Of a DNA stretch of 64,000 nt, positions 37,074 to 50,113 are shown piece by piece. The notes under the pieces were generated by a model. The model saw nothing but the letters and a program-made list of their open reading frames with translations. It was not told where the DNA came from and did no database searches. The stretch is taken from positions 703,177 through 767,176 of the forward strand of contig NW_005434651.1 in NCBI RefSeq assembly GCF_000315625.1, in the 5' to 3' direction. Every line of letters begins with the position of its first letter. Position 1 is the stretch's first letter. Position numbers and translations under genes: made by a program. The DNA comes from Guillardia theta CCMP2712. Its lineage: Eukaryota > Protista > Cryptophyta.

Positions 37074-40000
37074 ATGAGAAGGAAGATGTTTCCGACCCCC
37101 CGCAAGGGCTTGTTGTTCCTCTTCCTCCTGAGCCATTTCCATCCTGTTCATCTGTTCCTCCACAGCCTCGATGTGACTGGACGGGCAAGCTCATTAATAG
37201 GAGGAGGAGGAGGAGGAGGAGGAGGAGGATTCAGGTGCTCGATGTTCAACGCGCATCGAACAGGCCTGAGACGGGCAGCTTCAGTGAGAATGATCATGCC
37301 AGGTCAGCCCTTCCAGGAGGCAGAAGAGGTAGCAGAGAGGATCTTCAGGAAGCAGGCGAGGGCCTCGCAGAGCAAGGGCACGAGCAGCAAGGGGGAAGGA
37401 GAGGAGGAGGAGGAGGAGGAGCTCGCACCGGCGGAGGGCAAGTACACCTACGACGTTGAGCTTGAGATACCGATCGGGCTGACTCTGAAGGAGGTAGTGG
37501 GCTACGGGGTGTACGTGGATGCGGTGAACGAGGGATCGGCGAGAGAGGCTGGGGTGCAGCGGGGGGACAGGATCGTGGCTACAGCGGCGACCATGGGCAA
37601 TCAGATGTGGGAGAAGAACACTATGGAGGGTGTGATGGCTTCTGTTCACTCCGTAGGCCTGCTGAGGAAGAAGATCAAGATCAGGTTCGAGAGAGATCCC
37701 GTCCTGTCCTCGCTCGTGTGCTTCGACTCGCAGGACGCGCGGGACACTAGCAGGGTCGACCTCCCCCGTGCTCTCATCTCGGTGGAGAAGGCGCGGATCC
37801 GCATCCAGGAGACGGCGACGGAGACGTTCGAAGTCTCCCTCCCCCTCCCGGGCAAGGACAAGCGCTTTCTCCGCGACAAGAACCTCTTCGATGGCGAGCT
37901 CCCCTATGGGCTCAAGCTCGTTCAGGTGGCAGCGGAGGACGGGACGACGGCGGTGGAGGTTGCGAGCATCATGCCTGAGGGGACGGCAGCGGCCAGCAGC
38001 CTCCTCCGTGTGGGCGACCGCATCGTGGCGACGCAGTCGAGCGTTGGTAACGGGATGTGGCCCAAGACGACGCTGGAGGGGATCCTGTCGGCAGTGCGGA
38101 CGAGGATGGACAGCAACATCAGGATCAAGGTGGCGAGGAAGGTCAACTTGGGGGCCTGGGAACAGTCTTCCATGGATGTGATCAAGGCCAGCCCGACCGA
38201 CAAGATTCCCTACCTCACGACGAGCGGAGCTGGGGCGAACCTCCGGGCCGAGGCGAGGACGGGGAGCGAGGCGTCGACCCTGCAGGGCAAGAGGAGCACT
38301 TTAGGAACGTCCCTCGCGGTCCTCCCGGATGGGAAAGGATGGGACGTCGTGCAGAAAATCAGGCAAGTTCACGACCGGCAGGTGGACAAGTGGCCTCCCC
38401 ACCTCATCCTCCTCCGCCCCTTCGTGCGCGGCGAAGACTTCGCCGTCGCGTCCTCGCTCCTCCTGGAGGCGCTGGAGGGAACGGAGCCCTTCGAGCTGAG
38501 GATGGAGCTGACAGTGAAGGTCTACCACAACCGCAGCGCCTCCGTCTGGCTCGTCCCCGTCGGGGAGTCCCGGGACTGTGTGCTGGAGCTGCAGGCACAG
38601 GCGGCGGAGATCTTCCCGCAGTGCGTGAGGAGGGGGTCGAAGCTGTTCGACTACACCCCCCACCTGACCCTCGGGCAGTTCCCCAGCGAGTCAGCAGCTC
38701 GGGTGTTCGTGGCCCTCGTGCAGGACAGCTTTGCTAACTTCTCCTTCAGCGTCTCCCACCTCTTCCTCCTCTCCCGCCAGGACAGGTCCTCTGCTGGGGT
38801 CGACCAGCTCAGGATCAAGCTGGGCAGGCGGGGGTTGATGGGGACGCCGGTGTCGGTGGCGGCGTCGGAGTACGGCGTTCTCCGCCGAGCTGGGGCAGAG
38901 CTGAACTCGTCGACGATGAGGAGCGTGCTGCTGGAGAGGAGCTCGTTCGACCTGCTGGCGTACGGCAAGCAGGGGAACCTGAGCGCGATCGAGAGCATCG
39001 TGAAGGAGCTCAAAGAGAACGAGGTCGAGATCGACTCGAAGCTGCTCAACATCATCATGGGCTCCTACATCCTTTGCGACCGCCCAGCCTCCGCCGTGGA
39101 GGCTTTCAGCTACTTCTCCAGCAGCCAGCACCCCCCGTCCCTCCGTCCCTCCGTCCACTGCTACGGCACGCTGATCAAGGCCTACGGGCAGCTCGGGCAG
39201 CTGGAGGCGGCGTTCGAGACGCTCAACGGTATGGTGAAGGGTGGGCCCGCCCCCTCGATCCGCGTCATCAACGCCCTTCTGCAGGCGTGCGTGCGAGCTG
39301 GGAACCTGACGGCAGCTCAGACGCTCTTCTCGTCGCTGCGGGGGGTGCGGGGGGAAGGATTCGCTAACTTCCTGACGCCGGCGACGGAGGCCGGGCTGTG
39401 CATCTCGCTGCAGCCGACGGGAGTCTCTTTCAATATCATGGTGAACGCGTACGCGAGGAGGAGGAAGGTGGAAAAGGCCTTCAAGATGCTGCTGGAGATG
39501 CGCCGAGCTGGCTGCAAGCCCGACCAGATCACGTACACGACCCTTGTCAAGGCGTGTGTGGCTGCTGGGCAGTTTGACAGGGCGGAGAGGCTGCTGGGGG
39601 AGATGGAAGAGCTGGGGATCCCGCCCAACGCCTACTCGTACAACTGCATCCTGTACGGGCTGGCGCAGAAGTTGCAGTGGGGGAAGGCGACGAGGCTCCT
39701 GCAGAGGATGGAGGAGGACGGGGTGGAGGCGAACCTCTTGTCCTACTCCTACTGCATTCTGGCGTGCGTGAGGGCGAGGCGAATGAAGGAGGCGAGCGCG
39801 CTGTTCGAGGAGATGCGCAGGAAGGGGATCGTTCCGAACCTGTTCGTGATGAACACGATGATGTCAGGGTACGCGGCCAAGGGGATGGTGGACGAGGCGC
39901 AGGGGATCATGAAGCTGCTGCAGGACATGAGGATCAAGGCTAACGCCATGACCTTCTCCTCGCTGATCGAGGCCTTCATCAACGCCGGGTACGCGGACAA

Positions 40001-40916
40001 GGCGGTGGAAGTGAAGAGGAAGATGGAAGAGCTCGGGGTGGAGGTCGACATGGTGGTCAGCACGCAGATGCTCAAGGCGTACACGAGCATGGGGAAGGTG
40101 GAGGAGGCGATCGAGAAGCTGGAGGAGATCGTGAAAGAGGCGTCTTCCCCTGTGTCCTCCAGGACCTTCGACTCGGTCCTTTTCCAGTGCTCCAAGAGGG
40201 GCAGCAAGGAGGAGGCGCTGAGGGTACTGGGCCTAATGCTCAGGAGCAGGGTAACACCGAGCAGGACGACCTGCCAGCTGCTTTCGCGCATGGAGAAGCT
40301 ACAGGGGTCGATCCTCACCCAGTACCTCCTCGACGTCATCAGCCTCCTCCGATCCCACAGCGTCCGCCCCCCCGGCCCACTCTACCTGGCCGTCCTCCGA
40401 GCCTCCCTTGATGCCGGGGAGACGGAGCTTGCGACGATGGTAGTGGAGGAGAGGATCCTGGGGAAGTTTTCCGTGTCGAAGCAGGATGAGGAGGAAGCGG
40501 AGAAGCTCGAGATGAGGATGATGAACCTGCTGCAGGTGGGCCCCCGCGTTGCTCCTCTCCCTTCCACCTCCCCTCCTCTCCCTCTCCCTCCTCTTTCTCT
40601 GTCTCTATCGCTTTCTCCTCCTCTCTTTCCTTCCTCTCCCTCCCCCGTCCATACTTTTCTCTGAGCTCGAGTACAGGCTTCCAAGGGAAACTGGTACGAT
40701 CGCCCGGGCGTCGGGAAGAGGATGGGGCGGCTGGGAAGCTACTTCAGCGGCAAGATGGAGGGGCAGTGGGGAGGAAGAACGAGTTCTTTGTCCTCATCCC
40801 CCGCGAGGAGCAGGGGGTATGAGGAGGAGTGGGAGTACTTCAACGATCAAGCTTACTCGCGGGGAGGGACGGGGGTAGGAGCAGAGAGTTCAGGGACTTA
40901 CGATGATTGGATGTGA
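37074..40916 (+). CDS. Probably plastid-targeted PDZ-PDZ + 2H phosphoesterase (LigT-like) + PPR-repeat protein
   Basis: Two MET1/ZKT-type PDZs (GDRIVATAATMGNQMW; GDRIVATQSSVGNGMW); 2H motifs WPPHLILLRPF and YTPHLTLGQF; ~9-11 PPRs (PDQITYTTLVKAC, PNAYSYNCILYG, PNLFVMNTMMSGY). Last exon 40677-40916. Confidence 0.88.
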
Positions 40917-41375
40917 AGGAAGTTGAACTGAAACACTCCCTGCTGCCCCCTGCTGCTCTCACCTTCCCCCTCCCCTTCCACTCAAACACTCGTTGCCGTC
41001 CATCCATGTTTCATGCTGCTGCTGTCTCTACCCTCTCCTCCTGGTTCGCACAACTGAGTCTGCTGATTTCGCCGTCCTGCCTCTCCTTGCTTTCTCCTTC
41101 ATGTCCTCCCTCCTACCTGCCTCGCTCTCCCCTCTCCCCCCTCTTGTTCCCCTCCCTCTCCCTCCTCTCTCATACTCCTCCCCCACCCCATCTCACCATA
41201 CCTGCTCTCTCCTGCTCCTCCTTGACCTTTCCAACGCTGATCCTCATAGAAGCATGTGGTTTATTCACTCCAATCAAGTGCAAGTAGCAGGACTGACCTC
41301 TCCCTTCCCCTCCTCTCCTTCCTCCTGCCCCCTTCCCTTGTTCCTCTCCTCCTCTCCTCCTCTCGCAGGATCTTT

Positions 41376-43372
41376 CTAGTTGATGCCGTTTTGAGGGTCC
41401 ATGGAAACTCCGAGGAAGGTGAGGAAGGTGAGGGCACCTGTAAACCATGATAAGGAGGCCCAAGAGGAAACGAGCAGAAGGAGAGACGAAAAGGAGAGGA
41501 GGGAGGAGGGAGGAGGGAGGAGGGAGGAGGGAGAAAGAGAGGAGAGAGGAGAACGAGAGGAGGGAGGAGAGAGGAGGGAGAAAGAGAGGAGAGAGGAGGG
41601 AGGGAAGAGGCAGGGAGAGGGAGAGGGAGGAGGACGAAGTTTCTCAGTAAGTAACTCACCGCCGAGCACAGCAGCAGCAACCAGCGCCTTGACCTTGTCG
41701 GTGTTCGAGGGGATGTCAATGATGGTCTGCGAGAGTACAGTCTTCTTTCCGCTCACATCCTCCTCCTACACATCATGTCAGAACGCCCCGCCCAGTACAG
41801 CTCCTCTCTGCTCCCTGCTCCTTCCTCCCCTCTCCCTGCTCCCTCTACTCTGCTCCCTGTCTCGCTCCTCTCATACCGTTCTCTCCCCTCCTTCTCTCTT
41901 CCTACCTGCACTCTGTACACCCACACCCCGGGGCTAGAAGCACCATCCACGTAGCTGTACTTGCCGTTGAGCTGAAAGCAGCGTCAGCCCAGGCGGGTTC
42001 CCTCCTCCTTCACCTGTCCAGCAGCAAGGTTCGCTCCAGGAGTGAGGTAGTCCGCAACCAGCTGGTACGCGTCGTCGGCAGATCCTCCCGGTCTCTTGGT
42101 GATGACGTAGCCCTTGCTGTTCGCCTCCTCTCCCACAGTGAACGTGAGCTTGACCTCGTCTCCAAGCAGGGCAGCCTGGAATCCTCCTCCTCCTGCTCCT
42201 CCCAGCTCCTGACCTCTCGCTGTGAAGTCGAACTCCCTGTCCTCCTTGGAACGCTTGTCCACTCCTGCATGCAGGTATCAGGGCCCAAGTTAGAATCTCC
42301 GAAGCGCGATGTTGTTCAGGTGGCAGGCCAAAGATCAGATACGGTTGATGCAAAGGTTATCATAACTATCATCAACATAACATCATCATGTCATGATAAT
42401 CAGATTCATAAGCATCATCATCAGCATTCTTGTCTGTTCTCTTCCTCCTCCTCCTCCTCCTCCTCCTCCTCCTCCTCCTCCACATTCGTCATCATCATCA
42501 CTCACGCTTCTTCGACGGCCCCTCATTGACCTTTCCGACCATCCATGGCGCATATGGCTTGCCGCCAGGTCCGTAGAGCGACGCTGGGTTGACTGAGGAG
42601 ATCTTCAAGAAGTCGTCCTCGAGTCCAAGACGCTGAACGTCCTCGTAGTAACCTGCAAAGCCCCGTCACTGGCTTCCTGGCAATCAGAGCAAATTCTCAA
42701 ATTCCACTGCCACTAATACATTCCTTCTCAGTCCTTTCAATCCTCCATCTCCTCCCCCGTCCTCCTTCTCAGTTCTCCCAGCATCAACCTTCTCATCATC
42801 GTACTCACCAGGATACGGCTCTTCGGCTGGCTTGGTGCCAATCTGACGGGCGAGTTTGCGGATCTCGTCGTCCGCGATGTCCTGCAACTTCTGCTTGACC
42901 TCGTCGACGCTGTTGGCTGGGATGACAGAGTTGGGAGGAAGGCTCAGCTTCTCACACTCCTCCTCAGTCAGCTGCATCTCTCCATCTGGCGTCATAGTCG
43001 CCATCCTCAGACGCATGGCCTTGCCTGGTGGGGCACAGGCAAGGTCAGTATACTCCAACAACGCGCTCAAATCTGCTTCTACACGAGGATCCCTCCTCCC
43101 CCCACTCGCTCTCACTCTCCAACACCATCTCCTCCTCCCCATGTGAAGATCCCACCACCATCTGCTAGCCCCAACTCCTCACATAGACTACAGTACGCAC
43201 CTCGGACTGGAGCTAGGGAGATACCGGCATGTCCTGGGCCTCTCAAGCTCCGGGCAGAGAGGGCAGAGGAAGTCGGAGCGGCAGGAGCAAGGGAGGAAGG
43301 AGTGCTTGGAAGGAGGAATCCAGCCGCTGGTGCCGCGCATAGCGCAGTGATCGCCGCAGCCGCTCTGAGCAT
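41376..43372 (-). CDS. Plastid-targeted protein with FN3/Ig-like domain and C-terminal transmembrane helix
   Basis: MLRAAAAITALCAAPAAG-F bipartite leader; VKLTFTVGEEANSKGYVITKR...YSYVD...PGVWVYRVQ beta-sandwich motif; hydrophobic ALVAAAVLG; ends MDPQNGIN*. Confidence 0.7.
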
Positions 43373-43872
43373 TTTTAGACGTCTCTACCCTTAGATGTGA
43401 CGACCCTTATTACTGTTGTAAACGAGGTTTAAAAGTCCCTAAAAGTACTTATAACTAAATTATAAGAATACTGAGGACAGGTGTACCAGGAGTTTGGGAT
43501 GCATAAACGAGCTTCAGCTATAATGAGTTATAAATAATGTTAAAATCCCATGTTTGTACCATAAAAATATATTTTGACACAGTCCCGGATCCTCAGTACA
43601 TATTGACCGCCGTAACTTGGATGACTCCTAGCTTATAGTTGTAAATTATGTACCAAATATTTTAAACTTTGTAGGAAGACATGTAACAAATCAGGAATAT
43701 GTACCTAAAAGAAGGCTTCTAAAAACTAATTTACAGGGGGGTCTTTACAACAATGTATAATTGTTCCTTTTACGGAACATCGATCGAACGCCGGGACTTT
43801 GACCGGGCCCGGAGGCACTCCGAGTTTCCGTTACATTTGAAAGTATCTGTAACGGCAGGTCGAATTTTCATC

Positions 43873-45325
43873 ATGGCCGAAGAAGCGAAAGCAGTAGGAT
43901 GGGGCATCCTGGGGACGGCAGACATTGCCAGGAAGCTTGTGCGAGCTATCTCCAGAGCCGGAGGCTCCAGACTAGTGGCCGTAGGGAGCAGGACGCTGGA
44001 GAGGGTAGAGTCATGGTGCGAACAGAACCAGATCCCCAGTGAGGTAGCAAGGTACGGAAACTACGAGGAGGTCCTGAGGGATGGGAAGGTGGATGTTGTG
44101 TACATTCCACTCCCAACATCCATGCACAAAGAATGGGTACAGAAAGCAGCAGATGCCGGCAAGCATATCCTCTGTGAGAAGCCGGTAAGTGTGAAGTTCG
44201 AACGATGTGTGGACCCCGTGATGCCGTGTTCAGGTTGGGATGAATGCTCAAGAAGTAGAAGAAATGATCGCCTGTTGTGAACACAACAACGTACAATTCA
44301 TGGACGGGGTAGAAGCATGCACTTGATGGAATGGACCACGTGTGTTCACTTGCTCCGTGCAGGTGATGTGGATGCATCACGTCCGGGTCCCAGTGCTGAG
44401 GAAGGCGGTGGACAACCAGGACATGGTGAGGCAGTGCCGATCTATCTCTGCATGCTCTGACGCGAGCAGATGGGCGAGGTCGTTCGGATCGTGACATCCT
44501 TCACGTTCTTCGGGGGAGAGGAGTTCGACCGGACTAACATCCGCATGAAGAGCAACCTGGACGGGCTGGGATGCGTAGGTGACAAGGATTCCTGCGCGTG
44601 CTGATCGCTCGAGGTGACGAGGCGCGCAGGTGACTTAGGATGGTACAACGTGAGAGCCATCGTCTGGGCCTTCCAAAAGGAGCCCAATGAAGTCTGAGAT
44701 TCACATTGGAGGCGAAGTGTCCTTACAGGACTACCAGGTGTATGCGGTAGCTCACAAGAGGAACTCAGAGGGAGTCATCAAGAGCTTGAACGCTACTCTC
44801 TTCTACGATGACGGGAGGTTTGCTTCCCTGGACTGCGGCTTCGACACCAACTGCCGCCAGACACTGGAGATCGCCGGTAGCTGTCGGCTCCTTTGAGGCC
44901 TCTGCCTGCCACTGAGATGGTTCAACCACCAGGAACGAAGAGTTCGATCCGTCTGGATGATTTCGTCCTCAACGCTAGTGAGGAATCCTCCTCTTTCATC
45001 GTCAACACATCGGTATAGCTGCTCTGTGGTGCATCAAAACTTCGAATCACCTTCCAGCAGGCATTTAAAGATAGCGGCATGATCGTCGAGCAGACGTCAT
45101 CAAAGCATGAGGCCGGAGGTTGTTGTCAGGAAGTTCGCATGGTGGAGTGCATGAGCAAGATCGTGAGGAGTACGTGTTTGCGCTGTTTCACATGCCTACA
45201 TCTGACATGCATATCCAGCAAGGCAACTCGAAGACTACTGGCCGAAGATCGCTCTCCAGACCCAGCGAACGATTGATGCGATCATGAAGTCTGCTGAGAG
45301 CGGGCAGCCAGTCAAGCTCAAATGA
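43873..45325 (+). CDS. Gfo/Idh/MocA family oxidoreductase
   Basis: VGWGILGTADIA; VDVVYIPLPTSMHKEWVQKAADAGKHILCEKP; DLGWY; stop 45323-45325; many short introns. Confidence 0.93.
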
Positions 45326-45416
45326 TTCTTCTAGTTGGTTATTCATCACTGCTCGGTGTCGGCTCGATGGCTAGAAGCTGGCCCCCAGGTGACCAAAAAT
45401 GTTGCAACCACCCATG

Positions 45417-45800
45417 TTAAGAAGTTGAAGAGTCCTTCCTCATCTTGGCTAGATTTGGATCCTCTCTCCAGCAGCCATTCTCCCACCTCCATGTTGACAT
45501 CAAAGAGCATTCGACCTGGGCCGCGGTCTTGAAGTACTCGAACGAGACGTCAGTCCTTGGCACTTTGATGGGCCGGAGTCCGATGCTCAGCAAGGAAGAC
45601 TCGAAATATTCCTTGTTGTTGAGGACCTTGTCTCGATTCACCACCCCTGTCGCTGGGTATTTCATGCCGCAAGTGTCGATCTCGTCGAAGATCCTCTTCA
45701 GTTTGATCTCCCTTGAGACGCTCAGCTTCCGACAAGCTTTCACCATCCCCCCGTCCTCATCCCCTTGCACGGGGACTGCACTAGAGATATTGCAACCCAT
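45417..45800 (-). CDS. Small putatively N-myristoylated/palmitoylated protein with EF-hand-like segment; 3' end uncertain
   Basis: Starts MGCNISS; LKRIFDEIDTCG...GVVNRDKV resembles a divergent EF-hand. Confidence 0.5.
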   Translation of the reverse strand: MGCNISSAVPVQGDEDGGMVKACRKLSVSREIKLKRIFDEIDTCGMKYPATGVVNRDKVLNNKEYFESSLLSIGLRPIKVPRTDVSFEYFKTAAQVECSLMSTWRWENGCWREDPNLAKMRKDSSTS

Positions 45801-46807
45801 TCTCGTAGGGTCAAAACACCATGGAACCGTATCCCAGCAGAACGACAAAAGGCGTAGAGATACCAGGCGCAGGACGACAAGTCGGAAGAGTTCAAGAGTT
45901 TGAGGTTAGGAAAGAAGATGCGAGGAGGATGTTGAAGGAGGTACCAACAGAACAAGGCACAGATCAGCTAGAGAGGACCAGGAGACGAGGGAGGGGGGGG
46001 GGGGCTTGAAGTAGAAGGCAGGGCCGGATGAAAGAACAGGAGCAAGGAGCGACGATTTTAATAATAACAGGAATAACCACCCCCTGTCATCTAGGGTTCA
46101 TACCCTACCCCCTTTCTCGTCACTTCAAGGTTATTTCCTACCCACCCTTTGTTGCTTTTCTCGTACCCACCCCCTGATCTCCATTTTCAGACATGTCATG
46201 GCTACCCCCTTCGGGTCGTCGGAAGTACCCCTCCACAACACGGAAAAGTAGGGGTACTACTCCAACCAACGGTGGCTTCTACCAAAACAAAAAGAATGCG
46301 TAAAAGGTTAAAAAAAAAATTGAACAAAATTGAGAGGCAAATGGACGAAAAATGAAATATTACTAGTAAACTTGAATATCTCATCGATATTTTTCATAGA
46401 TTCTAGTCAAAGAGTTCAATGTAAGACTGCTCATCCACATGAAAATGAGGCGGCGGGGCGTATCGAAAGGGGGTAGCCTACCATGGTTGTGAGGGATAGT
46501 TGTTGACGCGCATGGCGACAAGAGAACGGAGGGAGAAGTTGCGATGACGCGAACATGAAGAGGGAATGAAGAATGATGGTGTGGAAGAGGAAGATAGGAA
46601 GAAGAAAGAAGTGAAGAGAGGAACTCAGAAGAGAAGGGACGATGGTCAGCGATTTGAAACATTCTCTTTCAGCAATCTCAACGGGAACACAATCAATTTC
46701 CTTGAGGGACCATTGTTCAACCAGACTTCAGGAAGCTCTTCGGCAAGGGGGTTGGAATCCCAAGTCTGCTCCTCCTGCTAGGCGCGGCTACATCGGTACA
46801 AGGCGCA

Positions 46808-48833
46808 ATGGAGAATGGATATCACGGATTCTCCCTCAGGTGGCTTCCTCCTTGTTGTGTTTGCCAAATGTCATCTTTGCACACACAAGGAATCCAGAAA
46901 CACGAGGCAAAAAAGCAAGGAAGGTGAGGAAACTGGTGGATACAGCGAGCGTCATTGTGATGATAAAGCATGACAGCTTCAAGTAATCCCTGAGGTGGAG
47001 ATTGAAAAGACATCACCCCAAGACTTCTTTGAGAAGTGCTTTCACCCATGAGTTTTGCAGATTTTGACATGTCTTCGGCAGCTACATCAAAGCACGCAAG
47101 CCTTGCATTTTGCTAGGGAAGCTGCGAGGATCCAAGTTCGAAGCATGGGACGACGGTTACCTGTACCAGCTTGCTCCTGCTTTCAGTCGGAGACTAAACA
47201 TCAGTGCAGCGATAAGATCGCAGGCACCTGCTCTGTCGACGTCGAATACCGTGAAAGCAATGATTCTGGATACGGAAGGTGAGGAGGGCGAGGGCGGGAT
47301 GAGGGAGTGCTGGGTTTGATAATTGCTTCAGAGGAAACAAGAGGACCATGCTGTTCTCAGAGTTCCTGAAGCGATTTGCATCTGGCGACGACACTCTCTA
47401 CCTCACGACACAACAGGTTGGGTTGATGCTTGCGACATCGCAGCTGACAGATTTGCTTCCCAGGTTGAGGTGGACGAGGAGGGGAGGCCAGATGTGATGA
47501 CTGAACCTGTCACATTGGTGAGATGTTGTGAGCTTGCAACTCTTCAGTGCAGCCTCCTCCTCCATCACTTCTCCTTTCCTTACCCCTTCCCCACCCACCC
47601 GCTCCTCCATGTTCTCTTGCGGATTTCTTTGCCTCCTCCCACTTTTCTGGAGGATGAAGAGAAATTCATCCTCCTTGCTCGACCCCTGCCTTATTTCCCC
47701 CATCTTGAACTCACGCTGGTCTTCAGCTGAAGAACGATTTTCCCCTGAGGTAAGGTACCATCCATGTGCACTTCGATGGTGCAAACGGTGCCAGGCCGGA
47801 CATTATGGGCAACCTGGTCCCATGTAGCTACAACCTTTGGATGGGAAACAATGCAGACAAATCTTCCTCTGGCCTGCATCATGGTAGAGATGATGGTGTC
47901 AGGTTGCGTGCCTGATGCAGAACTCCCTTCAGATTACCATGACAACTTGTACGTCCTGCTGAGAGGTAAGAGAGGAGGATGTAGCAGCGATGACGACGAA
48001 ACGATATGATCACAACGATGAAGGCATGAAAGTAGCAGCAAGAGGGGCAGGGGCAGGGGCAGGAGCTCTTGATCACAATCAATATGATTTTGTAGTCAAA
48101 GACTCTGAGATCTTCATTTCAGGAAAGAAGAAATTTTCCCTCTTCTCTCCGGATGAAGCTGTACATGCTTGTTCTCCCCATCGCCATCTTCGTCTCCCCT
48201 ATCCCCTCTCCAACTTTGCCATCCTTTTCACCTCTCCTCTCTCACTTTTTCCTCCTCAACCAGGATCGCATGTACACTCATGGGACGATCGCCTGCATTC
48301 ACCCCAACGGGAGGATTTGCTATCAAGGGCAGATTACAAGGGCCGACGGCTCGCCTCTCAACGTGCGTTTCTTCCTGCTCCTCCTCCGTCCTCTCACTCC
48401 ACGGGTAGGCACCCAAGGTCGCAGAAGCCGAAGAGATGCAGGTGACAGTCGTGCCGATGGAGTACTCCTTGAACGGGGGGCGCAGAGGAAGGCTGAGACT
48501 GAGATGGAGGAGGCCGAGGCGGCTCTTGCTCGAGGTAAGACTTCAGTGTCTGCGCGGGGGAGAGAGGGAGGAGGATGATGGGGGAGAGCGAGAAATTTCA
48601 TGCGCAGCAAGCGCGCGCTGAAACTTGTCGTGCTGGGCGGTACAGGCGAGAGCGGAGCGAAGAAGCGCCTGAAGCTTGCGAACAAGGAAGCACATCCGCA
48701 TTGTTTCCGCTGCCGTCTGACTCTCCTTCAGGCCCTTGATGCTGCACTGGACGCCATGCTGACGGCGAAGGCCTCTGACCTGTCGGACGGTAGGGTGAAG
48801 AGCGTCTTTGAAGGATGTCACATGAATTGAACA

Positions 48834-48868
<35 letters not shown>

Positions 48869-49969
48869 AGAAGATGAGGAGGGAGGCCTGTTTGGTGAGG
48901 CCAAGTCCTCAGATGATGACGATGAAGGTAGGACAGGAGGATGCATGTATCTGGTTCATAGGACCAACATTTCACCGCAGAGGAGGAGGAGGAAGGAGAG
49001 AAGGAGGAAGCTCCAGCTCCAGCTCTCGTCACAGTAAAGGGGAGCAATGTTTCCAAAGGGAAGGCCAAGAAGGCGGAGCAAGAAAAGGAGCAAGAAAAAG
49101 AGGAGCAGCGGCAGGAGGAGGAGGAGGAGGAGGAGGAGGAGGAGGAGGAGGAGGAGGAGGAGGAGGAGGAGGAGGAGGGCGGCGCTTCGTCCAAGAGGGA
49201 GAAAGTTGACGTGGAGGAGCCGCTCAGTTTCTCTGCCGTCAACTCGAAGATGAGCAAAGAGCATGTGAAAGAGAAGTCAGTGAACCTCCTACCCCTGCTG
49301 CTCCCTATCTATCCTCACGCTCTCTCCTCTCTCATCTCTCATCTCTCCTCTCCCCTCTCTTTTTGCTCAATTTCTTGTCCTCCACACCCCCTCTCCTTCT
49401 CTCTCAAGCCTCGTCTGCTCGAGTAATTTTTGTCTTCGCCGCAGTTTTCCGCTTTTTCTCGATGCTCATCATGAGAACTGCGAGCTCGACGCCTCGGACG
49501 GTTCGATCAAGATGCTCTTTCTACCCGCCGGTTGGTTCCATGAAGTTTTCAGGTGCCAAATCGCTTCCACCTTCGCCTCCTCTCCTCCCTCCCGAATCTT
49601 TTCCGCCTTATGATTCCGCTCGTCAACCCTTGACCTCCGCTGCTCATGAATGCTTCCCTCAAATATTTCCTCCCCCTCCATCCTCTTTCCTCCTCATTTC
49701 ACCTCCCTGCACCCTTCTCCTCACTCCTTCCCTCCCACAGCTACGGCATGGACAAGGGGCACGTTGCCTTCAACTTTTGGTTCCATCCTCCCGATGGAGG
49801 TAAATGCATGCACAGACGCTAACTTGTGGTGACTGTTGTGTCAGATTCCTACGAGAATCCGTACACATGCAAGGTGATGGAACTGTTGAAACTCCAATGT
49901 CGAACATCACTGACACCGCTCCAGTACTGGCAGTACGACTGGGAGCGGAGATTTCCGGCACAGCATTAA
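46808..49969 (+). CDS. JmjC (cupin-like) 2-oxoglutarate/Fe(II) dioxygenase with a long acidic insertion
   Basis: Spliced: MENGYHGF..., YIKARKPCIL, MLFSEFLKRFASGDDTLYLTTQ, NLWMGNNADKSSSGLHHDYHDNLYVLLRGKKKFSLFSP (HxD), MLFLPAGWFHEV (distal His), HVAFNFWFHPP; stop 49967-49969. Confidence 0.9.
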
Positions 49970-50113
49970 CACTAACAAACTTGCCGACTGATGTCATCCT
50001 TTATAACCATCAATCCCACTTCAAACTTGTCTTGGCCACCCTGCAATGAACACAAAGAGACATACACCTATCTACATCCCAGCGCAACTGTACAACCAGC
50101 TCCACGTCCCAGC

